Part shown: one piece after another, positions 58,358 to 64,000 of the stretch
How positions within the stretch are numbered: position 1 is the first letter of the stretch
Layout of the letters: each line of letters begins with the position of its first letter
Source of the DNA: an uncultured Draconibacterium sp.
Lineage (GTDB): Bacteria; Bacteroidota; Bacteroidia; Bacteroidales; Prolixibacteraceae
Direction of reading: 5' to 3'
Length of the DNA stretch: 64,000 nucleotides
Assembly (NCBI GenBank): GCA_963662825.2
Contig: CAXXTY010000001.1
Span: 739,884-803,883 of the forward strand
Notes under the pieces: model-generated
Seen by the model: the letters and a program-made list of their open reading frames with translations, nothing else
The model's database searches: none
Told to the model about the DNA's origin: nothing
Translations under genes and position numbers: made by a program

Positions 58358-59695
58358 TTAAACCACGCCCGGCAAACTTATGCCTTTTATTTTGCGGTAT
58401 AAATCGAGTGCAAAAACATCGGTCATTCCTGAAATAAAATCGACAACCGACTGAATTTTATGGTATTTCGAATCGCTTTCGGTTTTGTATTGCTCCGGAA
58501 GAAGCGAAAGTATTTTTTTACTGTACATATTGTTTGGATGAAGGACTGCTTCAATAAATTCATCCAACAACGTTCCGATAATTTTATATCCGGCAATTTC
58601 AATTTCAACTACCGAACGGTGATTGTAAACCTGTGAAAATGAAATATCCTTCACAATTTTCATGGCTTCATCCTGTTTGTTTTGAAGAGAACCAATTATA
58701 CCTTTCGACATTTGCCCCTCCATAATTTCGCCATAATTCCGGATAAAAATTTCCATGCTTTCATGAATCAGTTTTCCAATAACACCGGCACGCAAATAAC
58801 TGATTTGTTCGTTTTTATCGGTAACTTTTTGAAGTGTACTATCAATATTTTGCAAAACTTTTCGGTCCGAAATTTCATCATAAAAAGCAAGGTAAAGTTC
58901 TTTGATTTGGTCGTAGGTAAGAATTCCCAATTTAAAAGCATCTTCCAAATCCATTATCTGGTAACAAATATCGTCGGCGGCTTCAACAAGGTAAACCAAC
59001 GGATTTCGCTGGAACGAAACAAACTCATCAGAAACGGAATCAATTCCCAGTTCTGTGGCAATTTTGCGGTAATCTTCCTTTTCCGACTGAAAAAAACCAA
59101 ATTTGGGTTTGGTTGCCAAAACCGATTCGTATGGATACTTTACAATTGATGACAGCGTAGAATATGTAAGTGCAAAACCACCGGGGCGTTTCCCGTTAAA
59201 CTGGTGCGACAAAATTCGGAGCGCATTTGCATTTCCATCAAACAAGGTCAAATCTTTCCACTCGGCTTCCGATAAATCTTTTTGAAATTCCTGCCCGTCG
59301 CCGTTAAGAAAAAAGTTTGAAATGGCAGCTTCGCCCGAATGTCCGAACGGCGGATTTCCAAGGTCGTGAGCCAGACAGGCAGTTGAAACAATGGTTCCTA
59401 TTTCCGAAATCAGCAGATTGTTTGGATATTCACCGGTCAGTTTTTCTGCCAGCAAATTTCCAAGAGAACGCCCAACGCTGGCAACTTCGAGGGTGTGCGT
59501 AAGACGGTTGTGCACAAAAATATGCTCAGGCAAAGGAAAAACCTGTGTTTTGTTTTGCATTCGCCGAAAAGGTGACGAAAAAATTATGCGGTCGTAATCG
59601 CGCTGAAACTGGGAACGGTCTTCTTTCTTTTTCGACGACTCCCAGTCTTCCATTCCCAAACGCTTTGTTGAAAGTAATTTATTCCAATCCATCAA
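58358..59695 (-). CDS. dGTP/dNTP triphosphohydrolase (HD-domain, Dgt family)
   Basis: 445 aa. FQRDYDRIIFSSPFRRMQNKTQVF, HNRLTHTLEV and AHDLGNPPFGH motifs. Confidence 0.9.
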   Translation of the reverse strand: MMDWNKLLSTKRLGMEDWESSKKKEDRSQFQRDYDRIIFSSPFRRMQNKTQVFPLPEHIFVHNRLTHTLEVASVGRSLGNLLAEKLTGEYPNNLLISEIGTIVSTACLAHDLGNPPFGHSGEAAISNFFLNGDGQEFQKDLSEAEWKDLTLFDGNANALRILSHQFNGKRPGGFALTYSTLSSIVKYPYESVLATKPKFGFFQSEKEDYRKIATELGIDSVSDEFVSFQRNPLVYLVEAADDICYQIMDLEDAFKLGILTYDQIKELYLAFYDEISDRKVLQNIDSTLQKVTDKNEQISYLRAGVIGKLIHESMEIFIRNYGEIMEGQMSKGIIGSLQNKQDEAMKIVKDISFSQVYNHRSVVEIEIAGYKIIGTLLDEFIEAVLHPNNMYSKKILSLLPEQYKTESDSKYHKIQSVVDFISGMTDVFALDLYRKIKGISLPGVV

Positions 59696-59764
59696 AATAA
59701 TTTATCCTGCTAAAATAATCGATCCGATAAAGAAAATACAAGTTCCAGCTCCAAAAAACAAATT

Positions 59765-60463
59765 TCAAATGGTGTAGGTTGAAAACTGTTTTACTTCGCG
59801 GGCCAGTTCGCGGGCTTTGTTTCCGGTAATCCGATTTAATTTTTCCCAGAATTTTGGCCCGTGGTTTTTTATTTCGGTATGAACCAGCTCGTGCAATAAA
59901 ATATAATCGATCAATTTATCGGGCAATTTCATCATTTGTAAATTCAAACTAATGTTGTTTTTCGACGAGCAACTTCCCCAGTTTCTCCGGTTGTTTCTGA
60001 TGGTTACTTTATTGAACGAAAAACCGTTTAACTCTGCCAGTTTTTTTAATCTTGCCGGCAATATATTTTTGGCTTCCACCCGGTAAAGTTCAGTAATTAC
60101 CTTTTCCACAAATTCATTGCTTTCTTCCGAAGTAAAATCCTTAACAGTAAGAAAAATCTTTTCTTCCTTTTTTCTGACTTTATTTTCGGTCCCCTGAGAA
60201 AAATAAACGACAAAATGTTTGGTTTTAAATTCCGAACCATCAGCAAACCTGTTCATTCGGGCCTCAAATTTCAATTGTTGCTGACGAATCCATTTTTCAT
60301 TTTTTTGAACAAAAGCCACAACTGTTTTCGAAGGAACAAAGTATGGAAAGGAAACCAGCACCGATTTATCGGGTTTTACGCTGATTTTTATGTTTTTCGA
60401 TCGTAAATTTTTCGAAAAAGTTACCGATCCTATCCCATTCAAGTGAACTACTTTATTCGTCAT
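59765..60463 (-). CDS. YgjP-like (DUF45 / M48-related) zinc metallopeptidase
   Basis: 232 aa. C-terminal HELVHTEIKNHGPKFW (HExxH) and a WGSCS block. Confidence 0.75.
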   Translation of the reverse strand: MTNKVVHLNGIGSVTFSKNLRSKNIKISVKPDKSVLVSFPYFVPSKTVVAFVQKNEKWIRQQQLKFEARMNRFADGSEFKTKHFVVYFSQGTENKVRKKEEKIFLTVKDFTSEESNEFVEKVITELYRVEAKNILPARLKKLAELNGFSFNKVTIRNNRRNWGSCSSKNNISLNLQMMKLPDKLIDYILLHELVHTEIKNHGPKFWEKLNRITGNKARELAREVKQFSTYTI

Positions 60464-60587
60464 TCGTTTATATAAAAAATAAAATCAAAGATATCAATAT
60501 GAATCGAGTCGCAAATATGAGGTTTCAATTTAAAATTCACATTAAAACTTGTTCATTTTGAAAGTAATTAATTAACAGTTTTGTCTT

Positions 60588-61292
60588 ATGGAAAAAAACG
60601 TAACAATGGAAGTATTTGGTAACCTTACAAAATACGATACGGTTCTTGCCATAGAAGAAAAAGTTCTTCCGGGCAGCCTGGTTTTCGATTCATTAAATCC
60701 TTTTCCGGGGTACTACCACGAAACTCCGATGAATGTAAAACCGATTTATTTATACCTGGTCCTCGATAAACAATATCCGCTGGAGGAAGTTATCAGGGCA
60801 ACAAAAACCATAGAAAAAGAATACCAGTGGAATTTTGATGCCGGAAAAGGATACATGAGAATCGGTTCTGAATTTCTGAATGTTATTCGTGTACGCCATC
60901 TTCCCGATATGGAAATGGTAGAAAAAATCCAGGAAGCCTACCTGAAACACGGAATTAACTTTTTAATGAATAAAAAATTAAAGGGAAAACTTGAAGCAGA
61001 AGTGAAAATTGTTAAATTTATGCTTCTCGAAAAATTGAGCGAGGGTATTTATGTCGACAAGAATGAAATTACTTTTGGTTATATTGAAATTCCCAAATAC
61101 CTCCATCACGAGGCGTTTGTAAAAGTTTCGATGGACGTAAAATACAACTGGGACGGACATGAATATGACGCTGCCAGTGGTTCGTTCTACAAAGACGGAA
61201 AATTGTACGAAGTGGTTCGTATCCGTTCAAATAAAATTAATGCTGAATATTTGACAAAGATTCGTAAATTGTACCTGGAAAAAATTCGATAA
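60588..61292 (+). CDS. Hypothetical protein, no family recognised
   Basis: 234-aa ORF with no competing frame, followed by a terminator. Confidence 0.5.
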   Translation: MEKNVTMEVFGNLTKYDTVLAIEEKVLPGSLVFDSLNPFPGYYHETPMNVKPIYLYLVLDKQYPLEEVIRATKTIEKEYQWNFDAGKGYMRIGSEFLNVIRVRHLPDMEMVEKIQEAYLKHGINFLMNKKLKGKLEAEVKIVKFMLLEKLSEGIYVDKNEITFGYIEIPKYLHHEAFVKVSMDVKYNWDGHEYDAASGSFYKDGKLYEVVRIRSNKINAEYLTKIRKLYLEKIR

Positions 61293-61323
61293 AATAACAA
61301 AACTTAAAATTTTTTTCGAAGAG

Positions 61324-61350
61324 GGCTGTCCTGTAAAGGATGGCCTTTTT
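61324..61350 (+). terminator. Rho-independent terminator
   Basis: GGCUGUCC / GGAUGGCC stem (two G-U pairs) followed by TTTTT. Confidence 0.55.
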
Positions 61351-61393
61351 ACTTTTAAACGAATAGCCACCCTCCCGGCGTGTTATGATTATT

Positions 61394-63943
61394 TCAAGTA
61401 GTCAGTTTTGAATTGACAACCGTCTTAAATGACTGGTCAAACTCTATATCATAAATATTTTTATACAAAATAATGTAGTGGTCATAAATTTCCTTGGCCA
61501 GGCTATGTTTTCCCTGGTTACTAAGAATAGTACATTTAAACCTCAGGGCAGTCTCATTTAATTCATCGAATGTGAAAAGAACATCTGAGATTCCCAGTAA
61601 TTCCTTTTCGTTTTTTCGTATATCCAGGAGCTCACAAACTTCCTCCAATCGACTAACGATTCTGCCGGAAATCTCATCCTTTATTACATCTAGCCACTCA
61701 TTTTCAATATTATTGAGGAATTTTCCCTGTTTTAAAATGAACATCATTTTATTGAATTCACCAACCTTTGTGATATCAAAATTGTCAGAATAATAATTTT
61801 TTATGTAATCAATATCACAAAATATATCATCGCCAAGGTTTATTCTCCAATAACTACCATCGTATGAAATAGAAATATTTCCTATATCCTCTAAAATTAA
61901 ACGCAATTTTTTAATATTAACCCCGCGGTTGTTTTTTGCCTTGCCATTTGGTTTGTCGGGCCATAAATAATCCTGAATATTTTTAGATGAAATTCCCTTA
62001 TTCCCATCAATTGTATTTAAAAGAATAAGAAGAAACAATTCCTTTAAAGTAGGTGAAAATCTGAAAGTTAAATCTTTCCCTTTTTTATTAAACACCTGAA
62101 ATCCTCCAAAAGTCAGAATTCGTCCTTTTCCGTCAGTCTCAACTGCATTGGAATTATTTAATACCAGATCAACCTGCGGTTTGGTTGTTACAACTTTAAT
62201 TCCTTTCTTCCTTTTGAGAAAAATTACCAATCCTGCAAGGATTAAAGCCGGAATTACAAAAAATAAATACTTTAAACTGAATTCTTCATCAGCGATACTG
62301 GTAGCCTTACTTAGTTTTGTTTCGGACGGAGGATAATAGAGTGAATAAATATTCAGGATATATTTTCGTTCAGATGCTTCGTGTATGGTAAGCGCAAGTA
62401 ACTTATTTTGAGACTCCCACTTGTAGATGTCGGCAAATGACTTAATATCGTAAAAATGATATGGTATTTTACTTCCGATAAAACGATAATCGGCCTTGTT
62501 CAGATCTGCTTTTAAAAGTTGCAACGAAGTTTCGTTGTTGTGATGAGAAAAACACAAGGTATAAAAACAATTATCTTTATCATTAACAATCATAGAATTA
62601 ACGGGTGTATAATCATCATCGCCAATCTTAATCCCTTCCCATACCTTCATTACATAACCTGCCTCAAAATCTATCTTATATAAATCATAAAAATATTCTT
62701 TGCCAAGAATCTGTTTGCCTGTTTTGTTTCCGAGTCCGCCAAACAAGTAGTAAACATTTTTATCGTACTGACTTTGACCTAATGCAGCCAAATAGCGAGG
62801 CTCAAACAAATCACCCTTAAACTGAAGTTCTTCCCACTTTTTTGTTTTATCATTCAATTTTCTGAATGTATTAAAATAGGTGAAAAAACCATACCCAGCT
62901 ACGGCTACAAATGCACTGTCAACCGGATGCAGCAAACTATTATGATGCCAGTATTTTGGCAGATATGCCAGGGTGTCGTAACTATTATCCCAGGTGCTTT
63001 CTGTTTCGTTGAATGAAGGAACAATACTTTTATAGTCAGTAAAAGTTCTCAGGTTGTTGTCCTTGTCAAAGAATATCTGTTGTGCATCTTCAAATAAAGG
63101 ATTGCCTGATTTATATTCAAGATTTGTTACCGCTGGTTTATTTAGGTCAAATTTAATAACTCCTTTTCCCCTTTCCAGAAAATAGAACGATTCTGAATTT
63201 TTATTAAAGGCTACCTGTGGCATTTCCGTGAATTCGAATGTTCTGAGATGTTGCCAGTTCTGATGTTGTACTTCCACCCAGTCAGGATTAATAATAGCAG
63301 CTGTCTTACCTTGAACAGAGTCTCTTGAAGTAGTTCCGTTCGTATAATCAAGCGGCCAATAATACTTTAATCCATTTTGATCGAAAAACCGGATATTTCG
63401 CACCGACATGGGAGGAACCTCATCATTATCAAATCCGTAACGTTTAACTACACCAAAAATCCAGTCAAGCTTCGATGAACTGGATAGATTGATGGTATCA
63501 CTCACTGTTCTGCCGTTGAAAGTCATTGAAACTTCTTTCGAAATAGTATTTATATCCAAACGGAGTTTATACCATCTGTTCAGCAATTCAATTTCGTCCT
63601 TTGTAAATGCCATTTGCAAACCGGTTTCCATCTTGTCGAATACGATAAAAAGGTCAGGGAAATTGCCATCTACATTATAAATCAATTCCAGATGATGATT
63701 ACCGTTACGTTCATTCAATTGTAAAATGTATCCAAACCTCTCCTCTTGTGCACGAAAAGAAATTTCAAATTCTATGGAAAAACTGGTTTCAATTTTTATT
63801 GGACCTTTCCATGTTAAATCTAATCCTGTCCGGTTTTCAAGACTTACATCCTTTGATTGAAAAAAGAGTCCACGATGCTCGTTGGCACTTCCTTTCAACA
63901 CTAACAATAAAACAAGAGAAAAAAATATAAAAATACCACGCAT
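61394..63943 (-). CDS. Single-pass transmembrane one-component regulator: extracytoplasmic LamG-like plus beta-propeller-like sensor, TM helix, cytoplasmic SARP-type winged-helix and BTAD-like domain
   Basis: 849 aa. Signal peptide; TM helix YLFFVIPALILAGLVIFL followed by KRKKG. The C-terminal 273 aa carry FGGFQV...LKELFLLILL...IQDYLWPD...AKNNRGVNIKKLRLIL, matching the SARP/AfsR DNA-binding pattern. Confidence 0.6.
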   Translation of the reverse strand: MRGIFIFFSLVLLLVLKGSANEHRGLFFQSKDVSLENRTGLDLTWKGPIKIETSFSIEFEISFRAQEERFGYILQLNERNGNHHLELIYNVDGNFPDLFIVFDKMETGLQMAFTKDEIELLNRWYKLRLDINTISKEVSMTFNGRTVSDTINLSSSSKLDWIFGVVKRYGFDNDEVPPMSVRNIRFFDQNGLKYYWPLDYTNGTTSRDSVQGKTAAIINPDWVEVQHQNWQHLRTFEFTEMPQVAFNKNSESFYFLERGKGVIKFDLNKPAVTNLEYKSGNPLFEDAQQIFFDKDNNLRTFTDYKSIVPSFNETESTWDNSYDTLAYLPKYWHHNSLLHPVDSAFVAVAGYGFFTYFNTFRKLNDKTKKWEELQFKGDLFEPRYLAALGQSQYDKNVYYLFGGLGNKTGKQILGKEYFYDLYKIDFEAGYVMKVWEGIKIGDDDYTPVNSMIVNDKDNCFYTLCFSHHNNETSLQLLKADLNKADYRFIGSKIPYHFYDIKSFADIYKWESQNKLLALTIHEASERKYILNIYSLYYPPSETKLSKATSIADEEFSLKYLFFVIPALILAGLVIFLKRKKGIKVVTTKPQVDLVLNNSNAVETDGKGRILTFGGFQVFNKKGKDLTFRFSPTLKELFLLILLNTIDGNKGISSKNIQDYLWPDKPNGKAKNNRGVNIKKLRLILEDIGNISISYDGSYWRINLGDDIFCDIDYIKNYYSDNFDITKVGEFNKMMFILKQGKFLNNIENEWLDVIKDEISGRIVSRLEEVCELLDIRKNEKELLGISDVLFTFDELNETALRFKCTILSNQGKHSLAKEIYDHYIILYKNIYDIEFDQSFKTVVNSKLTT

Positions 63944-64000
63944 TATAAGCCTGATTAAAGTTCCATAAAAGTACGATTTTCATTAAACCTTATAAAAGTG

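Overview
This window reads as a chromosomal, mostly housekeeping region of a moderately AT-rich Bacteroidota genome. That placement is inferred from TAnnTTTG-type promoter boxes, missing Shine-Dalgarno sequences, CarboxypepD_reg-like proteins, ECF sigma modules and lipid A genes lpxH/lpxK. It is densely coding on both strands, with about 65 genes including rmuC, lpxH, ribF, prmC, ribD, cls, lpxK, sppA, folK, serS, rplU-rpmA, valS, trkH, glmM and mgsA. I saw no rRNA, tRNA or CRISPR array.

The most unusual feature is valS. Its reading frame carries three in-frame insertions of a GC-rich palindromic repeat family. The largest is 429 bp and holds a complete DUF559 (Vsr-like) endonuclease domain between hairpin-forming terminal inverted repeats. 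It has no start codon of its own, which recalls the in-frame Rickettsia palindromic elements but with a nuclease cargo.

Other notable points:
- A 990-bp IS1595-family element with an 8-bp target duplication sits in codon 5 of a secreted esterase gene, and its right end supplies a replacement in-frame ATG.
- Ribosomal protein L27 is fused to a roughly 114-aa helix-hairpin-helix C-terminal extension.
- A preQ1-I-like riboswitch precedes the yhhQ-type queuosine precursor transporter, and its predicted pseudoknot would cover the start codon.
- A putative D-serine or D-amino-acid dipeptide utilisation operon encodes a DsdX-like GntP permease, RidA, a D-TA/DSD1-like PLP enzyme and an M19 dipeptidase.
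- A DUF1080 gene is broken at an A7 homopolymer.
- A membrane-anchored SARP-like regulator has an extracytoplasmic LamG/propeller-like sensor.
- Two copies of an interspersed low-complexity intergenic repeat family are present.

All functional calls come from my own recognition of protein motifs. No database search was run.
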